This document shows, one piece after another, positions 1 to 9,987 of a DNA stretch of 64,000 bases. Position 1 is the stretch's first letter. Every line of letters begins with the position of its first letter. The stretch is from the NCBI GenBank assembly GCA_963813025.1, contig CAWEXO010000013.1:256001-320000 (forward strand). The letters are read 5' to 3'. This DNA is from an uncultured Verrucomicrobiae bacterium. GTDB lineage: Bacteria; Verrucomicrobiota; Verrucomicrobiia; Chthoniobacterales; JAFAMB01. Below the pieces are notes generated by a model, which was given only the letters and a program-made list of their open reading frames with translations, had not been told where the DNA came from and did not search any database. The translations under genes and the position numbers were made by a program.

Positions 1-170
1 TCCGTTACGCGCATGTTTATCCGCGCGCGTTGGCGCTGATGGGCTCTGGAAAGATCAACGTGAAGCCGCTGATCAGCCGGACGTTTGATTTCCAGGATAG
101 CGTGAATGCATTCAATTTCGCGTTGAAGATGCCCGCGGACTGCGTCAAAGCGCAGATTCAGGTCGCGTAG
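1..170 (+). CDS. C-terminal end of Zn-dependent polyol (sorbitol/xylitol) dehydrogenase, runs off window edge
   Basis: Manual translation of frame 3: [55 protein letters not shown], typical of an MDR polyol dehydrogenase C-terminus. Confidence 0.75.
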   Translation, partial: RYAHVYPRALALMGSGKINVKPLISRTFDFQDSVNAFNFALKMPADCVKAQIQVA

Positions 171-489
171 GCGGGCGTCATCTCACACAAAGAGCTCGCA
201 GAGACCGCAAACGGGGAGAGAAACCTCACGCCAAGGCTTCGTCAACCAAGGACGAAAAGGGGTGAGAGGTGATTAGTGATTAGTGGAGCGGAGGCAGTAC
301 GGAACAGTCCACCCTAATCCCTCTCGATCCGGAGACCTTCATTCAGTCTGCTTGGTCGCAAAGTCTCCTTCGAATCGATCAATTAAGGGACGATTCGAGT
401 CAGCCAGACTGCGGTCACCTCCCAGTGCTTGCTTTGATTAAAAATTCTTGTTCGCCGTACGGCGGCCCTTGTCTTAGCGCTGCACATAA

Positions 490-1240
490 CTATAGCATCG
501 ACAACCATGATAGGATGTCGTTGTTGCGCTGCCAGGATGGGCCGCGCCGACGACTTTTTGGCAGCAGATTCTCGCAAGACTTAAGGGTTTTGCGTTTCAT
601 TTCCAAATCGATTTCAACATAGGCGTTGGTTGTTTCGATTGAAGCATGACCCAACCACGAGCGTATCATATTGAGATCGACGTTGGACTGTAACAGGTGT
701 ATCGCCGTGGTGTGGCGAATCGTATGCGGAGTCACCCTCCTAGTGAGCAATGTGGGAGAAGTCTTGGCGGCCTCGGCTACCCGGTGTGCGATGATGTAGC
801 GCAGCCCGAAGCGGGAGAGCCGATTGCCTTCGACATTGAGAAAGAGCGGGACAGCATCAGTGAATCGTACCGAGCGTCTCTCCAGATAGTTTCTTATAGC
901 ATGGATCGTCTCTTTCCATAGCGGGCAGATTCGCTCTTTCCGTCCTTTGCCGTAGATGCGCACGGAAAAAGGATGGCTCAACCGCGGGTGATTGACGTCC
1001 AGATCCACCAACTCCTGGGCTCATACCCGTATTATAAAGCATCCGTAGCAATGCGTCGTCTCGCTGGCCCAGCAACGTTTGACAATTGATTTGAACAAAG
1101 ATGCTCTGGATTTCCGAGCGTTCCAAGTACTCCGGAATACGGTGAGCGCGACGTTTGAACTGAACCACAAGGAGCCAGCATTTTACCGGCTTTTGCCCGA
1201 GATTCTTCTTCGGCGTAAAGTCGCAGGGTTCTTGGACCAA
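490..1240 (-). pseudogene. Tyrosine recombinase/integrase (RitC/XerD-like), 5'-truncated and frameshifted
   Basis: ORFs 857..1240 (RDDALLRMLYNTGM) and 490..1011 (GKGRKER, TPHTIRHT, WLGHASIETTNAY); frameshift near 1020 falls at the catalytic Arg position. Confidence 0.85.
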
Positions 1241-1312
1241 GGTCCACTAGCTTTCCTGATCGCCCCAATCAGATCGTTTCGTGTGAAATTTAGCCAAACT
1301 AAAGAATATTCT

Positions 1313-2287
1313 ATGGACAATAAAATGAACAAATCTGCGGTCGACCCGGCGATAGAAACCGACACTTTAGCTTTAACCAAGCTAGTCCTGAACCACGGAT
1401 CCGGCACGATTCCCGCGCTCGGTTTTGGAACCCTAATTCCCGATGCAGCCGCGACGATAAGTGCTACCAGAGACGCGCTGGAAGCCGGATTTCGACACTT
1501 CGATTGTGCGGAACGATACCGGAACGAGCGCGGGGTAGGCGAGGCGTTGCAGACAGGACTTGCCGCTGGAGGGATCGCGCGCGAAGACATCTTTGTTACC
1601 ACAAAGTTGTGGAACTCCAATCACCGGCCCGAGCGCGTCGAACCGGCTTTCGAGGCGAGTCTGGACAGACTCCGGCTCAACTATCTGGATCTCTACCTCA
1701 TTCACACTCCGTTTGCATTTGAACCCGGGGACGAGCAGGATCCGCGGGATCAAAACGGCAATGTCCTTTACGACCAGGGCGTGACTTTGCTCGACACCTG
1801 GAGGGCGATGGAAAGTCTCGTGGACCATGGCAGGTGTCGGGCCATCGGACTGTCGGACATCAGCTTGAACGAGTTGTTGCTTATCTATGAATCTGCGAGA
1901 ATCAAGCCAGCCGTGGTCCAAGTCGAAGCACATCCGTATCTGCCGGAAACGGAGCTTCTGGAATTCTGCAAGGAGAAGGGCGTCGTGTTTTTGGCTTTTG
2001 CGGCATTGGGTCACGGAATGAGGCCGGGGCCGCTCGAAGATCCAGTCATTTCGGCAATCGCCGCGCGAGTTGGAAAGACGCCAGCGCAGGCGCTGCTGGC
2101 TTGGGCGGTGCAGCGCGGCACGGCTTTGCTTACCACGCCCAGGACTGCGGCTCGCGCGCGAGAGAATCTCAACATCTCCGCCCTTCCGGAAGACGCGCTT
2201 GACGAAATCAATCGAATTCAGACTAGGCAGAGGTTCAATGAAGTGGTAAAGACCGGCATCCCGGGTTTCATCCCACAAGGTAGCTGA
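1313..2287 (+). CDS. Aldo/keto reductase
   Basis: GFGT, GFRHFDCAERY, VTTKLW, DLYLIHTP, QVEAHPY; start moved to ATG 1313. Confidence 0.9.
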   Translation: MDNKMNKSAVDPAIETDTLALTKLVLNHGSGTIPALGFGTLIPDAAATISATRDALEAGFRHFDCAERYRNERGVGEALQTGLAAGGIAREDIFVTTKLWNSNHRPERVEPAFEASLDRLRLNYLDLYLIHTPFAFEPGDEQDPRDQNGNVLYDQGVTLLDTWRAMESLVDHGRCRAIGLSDISLNELLLIYESARIKPAVVQVEAHPYLPETELLEFCKEKGVVFLAFAALGHGMRPGPLEDPVISAIAARVGKTPAQALLAWAVQRGTALLTTPRTAARARENLNISALPEDALDEINRIQTRQRFNEVVKTGIPGFIPQGS

Positions 2288-2289
2288 AC

Positions 2290-2703
2290 ATGAAAGCCAA
2301 GCAGCACCTGGAGCAGTCCATGCAAGAGGAACAAATACGTGAAGCCCTGAATACGCACTGGCACGCGTCGGCAGCCGGCGATGCAAACGCGGAACACGAT
2401 ATTTACGATGACGATGCCATTTGTGATTATCCCCAGTCAGGCGAGCGAATCCTCGGGCGAAGCAACTTGCAGGCCTTGCGAAGTCATCATCCCGGCAAGC
2501 CGTCGGGCTTCAACGTCAAGCGAATTCTCGGAAACGGTGATCTCTGGATCACGGAATACACAATCACGTACCAGGGGCGACCAGCATACACAGTGAGTAT
2601 TATGGAGTTCCGCAACGGAAAGGTCGTGCACGAGACACAGTATTTCGCGGATCCCTTCGAGGCGCCGGCCTGGCGGAGCCAATGGGTTCAGCAGATCGCG
2701 TGA
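2290..2703 (+). CDS. SnoaL-like / NTF2 family protein
   Basis: HDIYDDDAICDYPQSGERILGR and EFRNGKVVHETQYF; 2 nt after the AKR stop. Confidence 0.85.
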   Translation: MKAKQHLEQSMQEEQIREALNTHWHASAAGDANAEHDIYDDDAICDYPQSGERILGRSNLQALRSHHPGKPSGFNVKRILGNGDLWITEYTITYQGRPAYTVSIMEFRNGKVVHETQYFADPFEAPAWRSQWVQQIA

Positions 2704-2761
2704 CGCCGCACTGAGGCGAGATTGAACCCCGACCGGCGGCTGAGCTGTTCATTCCTACTTT

Positions 2762-2842
2762 GATGATGGCCCGTCGGAAGTTATGGCGGCGACGCGCGAG
2801 ATCCTTAGGCAGGGTGGAAGCTTCATCAAGATGATCGCTGGA
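2762..2842 (+). pseudogene. Fragment of an amidohydrolase paralogue
   Basis: DDGPSEVMAATREILRQGGSFIKMIAG aligns by eye with DSPDEVRLRAREQLRQGASQIKLMAG of 3305..4720. Confidence 0.6.
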
Positions 2843-2920
2843 TCCATTTGAAGATTTGAAGCACCGGCTAGCGCACCCAGTGGGTCGAGACCGCATTGAC
2901 ACTGGGTGCCAGCGCCGTCC

Positions 2921-3102
2921 AGATGAAGATCGAACCGCGCATAGGTTTCCGGTCGCATCTCACTCGTGCCGGCCTGGAGTGTACGCCTTTCAAGAGTCTC
3001 GCGATCCATACTACGGCTTTCCATCAGCATCCTGGACCCGATATTTGATGTCGCAACGACGACGTAGTTGCTGAGATCCAGAGTTTCACCGCTAGCTGTA
3101 GC
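2921..3102 (-). pseudogene. Fragment of ClpB-like AAA+ ATPase (second AAA domain region)
   Basis: ATASGETLDLSNYVVVATSNIGS...EMRPETYARFD resembles ClpB GRTVDFRNTVIIMTSNLGS...FRPEFLNRID. Confidence 0.6.
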
Positions 3103-3304
3103 GGCTTGAAAACATAAACGGTCTGGCTTGATAACATCGATCGTTTCCGGCCCAAATTATTTTGAAAATAAGCAAGTCCTCAGGCCAAGGTAAAATGAGA
3201 ATACTGTCGCATTGGAGTGGTGTCTTAAAGCGGGCGGCAACCGACTCTAAAATTCTCCGTTTTATTCTCGCTTCGTGTGGTCACCCCTCTTGCGGAGAAC
3301 ATCC

Positions 3305-4720
3305 TCACTTGGGCAGAGTATCTTTGTAGATGGTGCCATCTTTCATAATCACAACAAAGTTTTTGCCGGGATCTTCGACGAGCTTGATATTTTCCAAGGG
3401 ATTGCCATCGACCACCAGCAGATCTGCGAGTGCGCCCTCTTCCACGACGCCAAGCTTGCCGGGATAGGGGTTGATAAACCCGGAGAGGGCCATCAACTGA
3501 CCATTGTCTGCTGTGGCCATCTTGAGTGCCTCGGCAGGCGTGTACCAGCGGACCATCTTTGCAAGATAAGCTCCCTGTCGGTTAGCAGCATCTGGATCGA
3601 ACAGAATATCTGTACCAAAAGCCGTCTTTATATTGTACTTCTTCGCCAGCTTATAGGCGTTCTCCGTTCCGGCCCACACCTGTAGTGCCTTTTTCTGTGA
3701 CACTGGGCTCATTCGCGCAAATACGTCTGCATCATACGTCAAGGGCTGCAAACTCCACCAGATACCCTTATCGGCCAGCAACTTGGCGGTGGGTTCATCA
3801 ATAAGATGACCGTGTTCAATGCACTTGACCCCGGCGGCGACCGCTTGTTGGATCGCAGGCGGCGTATACGCGTGTACAGTCACATAGGTGCCCCAATTAT
3901 CGGCCGCCTCCACAGCAGCGCGAATCTCCGGTTCGGTGTATTGGACCGATTCAATCGGATTGTATTGTGAGCTGACCCCGCCACCTGCCATTAGCTTGAT
4001 CTGACTGGCGCCCTGTCTCAATTGCTCTCTGGCGCGCAGCCGCACCTCATCGGGGCTGTCGGCAATCGCTGCGACGCCTTCGATCTCGGAGTGGCTCAGC
4101 GGACCGCCCAGCCTTCGCGGAAGCTCGAAGAAGAAGCGAAAGTCTCCATGGCCTGAGGTTTGTGAGATGAAAGCGCCCGAGGGATAGATGCGCGGACCGA
4201 TCGTGACGCCTTCGTCAATGGCACGCTTTAGCCCGAAGACGGGACCGCCACAGTCGCGCACAGTGGTGAAACCTCTCATCAACGTCGCTTCAGCCTCTCG
4301 TGCAGCCAACAGATGGAGATAAGAGGGGGGCGAGGTTATCAGGAGCTGCAGGGGTATCGCAGCCATGAACGCATGCCAATGCGCGTCAATTAGGCCTGGC
4401 ATCAGCACCCGTCCGTTTGCCGCAATGACACGGACATTAGCATTCGTGTCGACGGTGATCGGGCTGGCAGATATGCGTTCAATGGTGTTGCCTTTGACCA
4501 GCACATTGGAGGGAGCCGAGAGTGTGGTGCTCTTACCGTCGAAGATGCGGACGTTCTCAAATAGCGTGGCCGCGCCACTAGCCAAAGGAGTGGGAAAAGG
4601 CTGTAAACCCGGCGGTTCTAAAATTGCATCCCCACCTTGCCCCAGGCTCGGTTGGCAAAGCCCGACAAAGAGTGCCGCCAACACCAGCCCAATTTGTGGC
4701 CAGCCACTTTTTGAGTTCAT
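3305..4720 (-). CDS. Secreted metal-dependent amidohydrolase (Xaa-Pro dipeptidase-like)
   Basis: Signal peptide; MPGLIDAHWH, GFTTVRDCGG, IKLMAGGG, HAY, IEHG, FGTD, GALADLLVVDGNP. Confidence 0.9.
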   Translation of the reverse strand: MNSKSGWPQIGLVLAALFVGLCQPSLGQGGDAILEPPGLQPFPTPLASGAATLFENVRIFDGKSTTLSAPSNVLVKGNTIERISASPITVDTNANVRVIAANGRVLMPGLIDAHWHAFMAAIPLQLLITSPPSYLHLLAAREAEATLMRGFTTVRDCGGPVFGLKRAIDEGVTIGPRIYPSGAFISQTSGHGDFRFFFELPRRLGGPLSHSEIEGVAAIADSPDEVRLRAREQLRQGASQIKLMAGGGVSSQYNPIESVQYTEPEIRAAVEAADNWGTYVTVHAYTPPAIQQAVAAGVKCIEHGHLIDEPTAKLLADKGIWWSLQPLTYDADVFARMSPVSQKKALQVWAGTENAYKLAKKYNIKTAFGTDILFDPDAANRQGAYLAKMVRWYTPAEALKMATADNGQLMALSGFINPYPGKLGVVEEGALADLLVVDGNPLENIKLVEDPGKNFVVIMKDGTIYKDTLPK

Positions 4721-5729
4721 AGTATATGCTACTTTTTCTGCCGTCTAAACTGCGGAATTAAATCTAGAGATGGTAGCTATATAAGCAGGGAAAGAGGGAG
4801 AGTAGAAGGAAACACTGATGGCAAGTGTTAGGGTGGCTAGGGACTGAGCTCGGCGTCAGCGAAGTTGCTAAAGGACATTTGAGGTTCGTTCTTGCTGGCC
4901 AACTCCACCGCGACCAACCGACTGCCCCTTTGCTTCGCCCTTGGCCAAGCGACGCTTTTTGAGTTGGCGCTGCAAGGTGCTTAACGCCAAACCGTGCTTC
5001 CAGCGGGTCCAGTTGTCGACGATCTTCGCGGAAATCTTCCACAAACCGCTTTCGCTCATTACCGAAGAGATCGCTACGGTCACGCGCAGTAGTGCAGCCG
5101 AGACATTGGAGGTGCCCACCGATTCTGGCGGACGCTAGTGACACACCTCCATTGGTGACGAATGGGCACTGCTTTCCGTCGGGACTGGTGAACGTCCCAA
5201 TGAGAATAGTACCGGTCACCTTGATGAAATCAGCATGCAGCGCATAAGGCGTCTGTCGTTCTTGCGTCTCGCGGTCGAAAAGAGAGCTAAATTGACTGCC
5301 AAGACATTTGAAATTTCGGCGGGCTCGAGGTTTCGCCCTCGTTGACCGCCGTTTTGTTGGACGCGCGGCGCATCGAAGAAGCGCCCGCGGCCAAAGAGCC
5401 CGAGCAATTCTATCCCGAGCAATTCTATCAGGAATCGCAAGACGAGGCTCAACCCATCACGACCGGCAAGGTCGTGCAATGGGCTTGGGACGCCCAAGCC
5501 GACAGAAAAGGTGTCGGCTCGGGCGATTGCAACGCTTGGTTGAGCGGCGGGCCGATTGCTTGGGGGCGATCCGGGCGCGGGGCAAGCGGCGGATCGCGAG
5601 CAACGGGGCCGGCGTCGCGCTAAAGAGGCTGAGGCGCTCGAGTGATTTAGAGACTCAAAAAGGCCGCGGCCAGCTGCAGCCGAAGCCGAGCGACAGTAGA
5701 GCTGGTCCGACTTTCCCAGAATTATCGGG

Positions 5730-5847
5730 CCGGACCTTGGGGAGCTGCGGGTCGAGGCCAAGCGGTTGGGAGTCGAGCCGGGCGCGCTGGTCGAGGTTGC
5801 CATTGTCGACTGGTTGCGGGAAAAGAGGCGGCGCAAGCGAGCCTAAA
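5730..5847 (+). pseudogene. Possible ribbon-helix-helix/CopG-like regulator remnant
   Basis: Manual translation LGELRVEAKRLGVEPGALVEVAIVDWLREKRRRKRA*; no clean start. Confidence 0.35.
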
Positions 5848-5945
5848 ACACACTCTCAAATATGCTCATACACATTCGAATTTATTGAGAGTAGGCGTTG
5901 AGAGCTGCGGTTATCGATTTTATAGGTGCTTCTCGCTCAAGGGTT

Positions 5946-6018
5946 TGGAGCCTAGGGGACTCGAACCCCTGACCTCCTCAATGCCATTGAGGCGCTCTAC
6001 CAACTGAGCTAAGACCCC
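5946..6018 (-). tRNA. tRNA-Ala(GGC)
   Basis: Reverse complement GGGGTCTTAGCTCAGTTGGTAGAGCGCCTCAATGGCATTGAGGAGGTCAGGGGTTCGAGTCCCCTAGGCTCCA: cloverleaf, GGC anticodon, G3-U70 pair, no separately encoded CCA. Confidence 0.97.
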
Positions 6019-6157
6019 GTGCGCCAGCGGATCGCAACACTAGCTCAACCGGCAACGTTGAAAAGGGGAATCTTTTCCGCTGCAGGGTTGCGCGACGGGG
6101 ACTCCGCTTGCAAGGTAAGACGCGGTCGACCAGTCTGCTTTCTGCAAATTCCCGCCC

Positions 6158-6751
6158 ATGTTTGAGCTACCAAGTCCTCTGCATCCGGCAGTCGTTCATT
6201 TCCCGATTGCGCTGACCTTTCTCGGGACAATTATTGCTTTCTTTGCCGTATTGACCCGTCGCGGAGCGGCCCCTCAGTTTACCGCGATAATCCTTCTCCT
6301 GGCCGCAGGGGCAGCGCAGTACGCGGTGTATACCGGCGGCGGCCAGGACGAACTTTTTAAGACCTTGCCTTCCTCGCTTCGCTCCTTGGTCCACGACCAT
6401 TCCGAATGGGGGGAACGCGCCCGAACCGTGCTGATTGGGGCCGCCGTTTTGGCGTTAGCGGCTTGGGCGACTTACCGGTTTTCCGCTCTCCGGCAGGTTC
6501 TGGCGTTGCTGACCTTTCTCGCGGCCTTGGCTGGGTCCTGGTGTGTTGGGGAGGCCGCGTTGCGCGGCGGACATTTGGTCTTCCAGCACCGGGTCGGGTC
6601 GGAAAGCGTGGCAACGCCGGAAAGCTCGGCAACTCCAGAAACCGCAGCCACCCCGGACAACGCAGCGACGCCAGATAACGCAGCAACGCCAGATAACGCA
6701 GCAACGCCGGATAACGCAGCAACCGCATTTCCGTCGATAAGTCCGCAGTAA
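6158..6751 (+). CDS. DUF2231-like membrane protein with C-terminal ATPDNA repeats
   Basis: LHPAVVHFPIAL motif, HxxxG, GGxLVF; several TM segments. Confidence 0.8.
   Translation: MFELPSPLHPAVVHFPIALTFLGTIIAFFAVLTRRGAAPQFTAIILLLAAGAAQYAVYTGGGQDELFKTLPSSLRSLVHDHSEWGERARTVLIGAAVLALAAWATYRFSALRQVLALLTFLAALAGSWCVGEAALRGGHLVFQHRVGSESVATPESSATPETAATPDNAATPDNAATPDNAATPDNAATAFPSISPQ
6611..6724 (+). repeat. In-frame 18-nt tandem repeat, ~6 units (ATPESS/ATPETA/ATPDNA x4)
   Basis: GCAACGCCAGATAACGCA-like units read directly. Confidence 0.9.
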
Positions 6752-6790
6752 TTCTCAGCTATTTCCCACAAAACAATTGCTCACTTGCCT

Positions 6791-7693
6791 ATGAAGTCTC
6801 CTATGATCGGGTTTGTTGGGGTTGGCCGAATGGGTGCGAATATGGCGCGCCATCTGAAGGACGTGGAATACCGGATCGTGTCGGTCCATGACGCCAATGC
6901 CGCTGTCGCCGTGGCGCTTGGAACGGAACTCGGCGCGGAACCGGCTGGAAAGGTTTCCGATGTGAGTCGGTTGGCCGAGGTTATTTTTACCGTGGTCACC
7001 GATGACGCGGCGATGCGCGCTATCTTTTTCGGCGAGGACAATCTGTTCACTCATGGAAAAGGAAAGCTGTTCATCAATTGTGCGACGATCAGTCCAGGGG
7101 TGCATATCGAAGTGGAAGCGCGCGGGGAGGAGATCGGCGCGGACGTATTGGAGGCGCCGATGGCCTCCAGCCTGACTCATGCCCGTGAAGGTAAGCTTTA
7201 TATGATGCTGGCCGGCAGGGAGGCCGCTTATCACCGGGCCGAACCGATACTGAAGGATCTGACCGTATCCCGGCGCTACATTGGCGGTCAAGGCAAAGCG
7301 GCCGAACTGAAGGCTTTGTTGAACATGGTCATGAATATTAACACGGCTGGATTGGCCGAGGGGCTTGGCCTCGCCGAAGCCCTCGGGCTCGACCTTCGCC
7401 TCGTGATGGAAGTCTTTTCGCAAACCGGGGCAAATTCGCGGGTACTTGAGACCGACGGTCCTGATATGATCGACCGCGAGCACAGTACCTTCTTTTCGGC
7501 GGCGCACGCCGCCAAGGACAGCGGTATCGCGCTGGCCCTGGCGCAAGAGCACGGGTTGGAACTCCCGCTATTGGCCGCCTCCAAGGCCCAGTACGATCGG
7601 ATGATCGCAAAAGGGCTTGGCGAGATCGACAAGTCGGGGATATCCGAACTGACTTTTTTATCACGCCGGACCAGCCAGGATAGGAGCCAATAA
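6791..7693 (+). CDS. NAD(P)-dependent oxidoreductase, 3-hydroxyisobutyrate dehydrogenase family
   Basis: GFVGVGRMG Rossmann motif, catalytic KALLN. Confidence 0.9.
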   Translation: MKSPMIGFVGVGRMGANMARHLKDVEYRIVSVHDANAAVAVALGTELGAEPAGKVSDVSRLAEVIFTVVTDDAAMRAIFFGEDNLFTHGKGKLFINCATISPGVHIEVEARGEEIGADVLEAPMASSLTHAREGKLYMMLAGREAAYHRAEPILKDLTVSRRYIGGQGKAAELKALLNMVMNINTAGLAEGLGLAEALGLDLRLVMEVFSQTGANSRVLETDGPDMIDREHSTFFSAAHAAKDSGIALALAQEHGLELPLLAASKAQYDRMIAKGLGEIDKSGISELTFLSRRTSQDRSQ

Positions 7694-7704
7694 CCGATAG
7701 CCAA

Positions 7705-8166
7705 TCAAGCAAGCAATCGCGCCAGCCAGGCGACGTTCGCCGGGATCGGGATTTTCTGCAAAACTGCTTTCTCGCGGATCAACAGGTTGAGCCATTCGCG
7801 AGAGGTGGTCACCTTATCACCGGCAATCTCCAGATAGGTCGTCCCGTTCTCGGAATGGAGTTTGTACTCGGAGATTTCCACCTCGATCGGCGAAGACTCC
7901 CCTTTGAGATCCACGGAAAATGAGACTGTTCGGCGTTGGGTATCGATGGCGAGTTTGAGCATAGAGCCGTAAGGTCGAAGCCGTTGGTTGAAATCGGACT
8001 GAAGTCTTGCCGCGATCGTGCGATCTTTCGCGTGATGAAAGCCCCTCGAAAGACGTTCAAGAATTGTGTCAGGGCGAATCACAAGGAACTCGGGATCGGC
8101 CCAATATAGCCTGCTCGGCGGATTGGTTGCAGCAAAAAAGAAACGCCTCTGAGGCGTTTCCGCCAT
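7705..8166 (-). CDS. Hypothetical protein
   Basis: Protein-like ORF convergent with the previous gene; start uncertain. Confidence 0.55.
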   Translation of the reverse strand: MAETPQRRFFFAATNPPSRLYWADPEFLVIRPDTILERLSRGFHHAKDRTIAARLQSDFNQRLRPYGSMLKLAIDTQRRTVSFSVDLKGESSPIEVEISEYKLHSENGTTYLEIAGDKVTTSREWLNLLIREKAVLQKIPIPANVAWLARLLA

Positions 8167-8390
8167 GTGCGCGCAGGAAGAAAATTTAGGGATTGTCGTC
8201 AAACATCCCGCTGGCCCACGACCGTTACAGCGAAAATTCATTCGACGCATCCCATAGCTTTAGTGACGGAGGAGCCGTCTTGCGTATGGCTACCCCGCGC
8301 CTGGCTCGGACAAATCTTCGCCGCGTGGTTGTGGAGAATTGTCCTGATCATCAGCCTGGGCTAAACAATTGGGTGTTTGCTCGCGCCCCG

Positions 8391-9230
8391 ATGGTTAACG
8401 ACACGAACTCGGCTACCGCTTGGCGCGGAAGACACTGGGATCCGCCGGGATTGCCGGTTGGCACGATATTCCTGGTGCATGGCTTGGGTGAACATTCGGG
8501 TCGCTATGTCCATGTGGGTGAGTTTTTCGCGGAAGCCGGTTACCGAGTCCTCGCGCCGGATCTTCGGGGGCATGGCCAGAGAAAAGATTGGCCGCCATTT
8601 ATCCGGACATACTCCGAGCTCGGTGCTGATGTGGTGAAGCTTATCGCGCAGCAGCGTGATCCTGGACCATGTATTCTCTTCGGACATAGTCTAGGCGCTC
8701 AGATCGCTCTTTGGCTGGGTCAACAGAAACTCGTTTCAGTGGATGGCATCGTCGCGAGCGCGCCCTGGCTGCGCCTGACTCATCCACCTGGAAAATGGCT
8801 GCTCCGACTCGCCCGAGTGATGAACCGAGTGATGCCCAAGCTCAAGTTTCCGTCCGGCATCAAACGTGAGTACGCTTCTCACGACCAGGCCCATCTGGAT
8901 TCACTCTCCGATCTGCACCTCGTCCACGATTTTATTCGAGTAAGGATGTATTTTGAAGCGGAGAAAGCCGCGGGCGAACTCTGGGCCCGTCCGCGCCTTT
9001 TTTCGCCGGTTTTGCTGGCTTGCGGCGGAGAGGATCAAGTGACCTCGTCGGATGCGACGAAGGAGTTTTTCAGAATCCTGGAAGCGCCGCGGAAGGACCT
9101 GTTGTGCTATCCGGGTCTGCGGCACGAATTGCACAATGAGACCGAACGAACTCAGGTGTTGGCCGACTACCTGTCGTGGATCCAAAGCCTGCATCGCTCA
9201 TCCGGCGTGGCCGGATGCGATGCAGGCTAA
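8391..9230 (+). CDS. Alpha/beta hydrolase, lysophospholipase-like
   Basis: HGLGEHSGRY, DLRGHG, GHSLG, HELHNE. Confidence 0.9.
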   Translation: MVNDTNSATAWRGRHWDPPGLPVGTIFLVHGLGEHSGRYVHVGEFFAEAGYRVLAPDLRGHGQRKDWPPFIRTYSELGADVVKLIAQQRDPGPCILFGHSLGAQIALWLGQQKLVSVDGIVASAPWLRLTHPPGKWLLRLARVMNRVMPKLKFPSGIKREYASHDQAHLDSLSDLHLVHDFIRVRMYFEAEKAAGELWARPRLFSPVLLACGGEDQVTSSDATKEFFRILEAPRKDLLCYPGLRHELHNETERTQVLADYLSWIQSLHRSSGVAGCDAG

Positions 9231-9249
9231 CCAAACTGAATCCCCTGGG

Positions 9250-9790
9250 CTAACGGCAGCTCGGAGGAGAAGTTGATCGTCGCGGTTTGCCGGCGCATGT
9301 AGGCCTTCCGGACCTGTTCAATGGCGTGGCGCATGGCCGAGACGCCGAGACCGCCGCCGCGTCGATCAAGGGTCCGACCGTCGTCGCCGGATCCAGCGGA
9401 TTGCCGATCCGTATCTGCCGGTAAGCGCCAATCAGCTTTTCGAGAAGCGCATCGTCAATCGATTCATGGACGATCAAGCGCCGTGTGATCGTGCAGCGTT
9501 GCCCGGCCGTACCAGCTGACCCGAAGAGGATAGCGCGGGTCGCCAGTTCCAGATTTGCCGATGGCGTGACGATGACCGCGTTGTTTCCACCGAGTTCGAG
9601 CAAGACACGCCCAACCGCCGGGAGACGGCCTCGGCGACTTGTTTTCCCATTCGCACGGAACCGGTCGCAGAGATCAGGGCGATCCGCGGATCGCCCGCGA
9701 GCTGCTTTCCGGTTTCGCTACCGCCGATAACGAGAGAAAAAATCGCCGGATCGAGGTTGTTTTTTCGGCAGGTCGCTACGTCGCTGGCAA
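9250..9790 (-). pseudogene. Aldehyde dehydrogenase (ALDH7/aminoadipate-semialdehyde type), internal fragment with frameshift
   Basis: LISATGSVRMG in one frame, LELGGNNA...GTAGQRCT in another; both termini missing. Confidence 0.85.
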
Positions 9791-9987
9791 AGGCGTCCCC
9801 CGTTGCGAGAGTCCTTGAACACTGAAAGCCGACGTAGATGAAGGTTTCTTCAAGCGATTTTCTTCTGCTCACTCTATTCTTCGCCTTTCAAGGACTCTGC
9901 ACAACGAGGCTGCCAAACAAGGGTCAGGCCCAATCTCCACGGCGGCTATTTTCCGGTAAATCTCGTCGCTCTGAGGTCCGAGCCTCG

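Noticed and set aside
281..305. TAGTGGAGCGGAGGCAGTACGGAAC as a possible att copy of the tRNA 3' end
   Set aside because: Only TGGAGC matches; too short to support
1433..2386. 317-aa antisense ORF and similar long shadow ORFs (6755..7552, 19576..20220, 54352..55005)
   Set aside because: They lie opposite well-supported genes and carry no family motifs
4764..5300. Possible relaxase/primase remnant
   Set aside because: No diagnostic motif recognisable by eye; left unassigned
6611..6724. Possible CRISPR array
   Set aside because: No spacers; in-frame coding repeat; no cas genes
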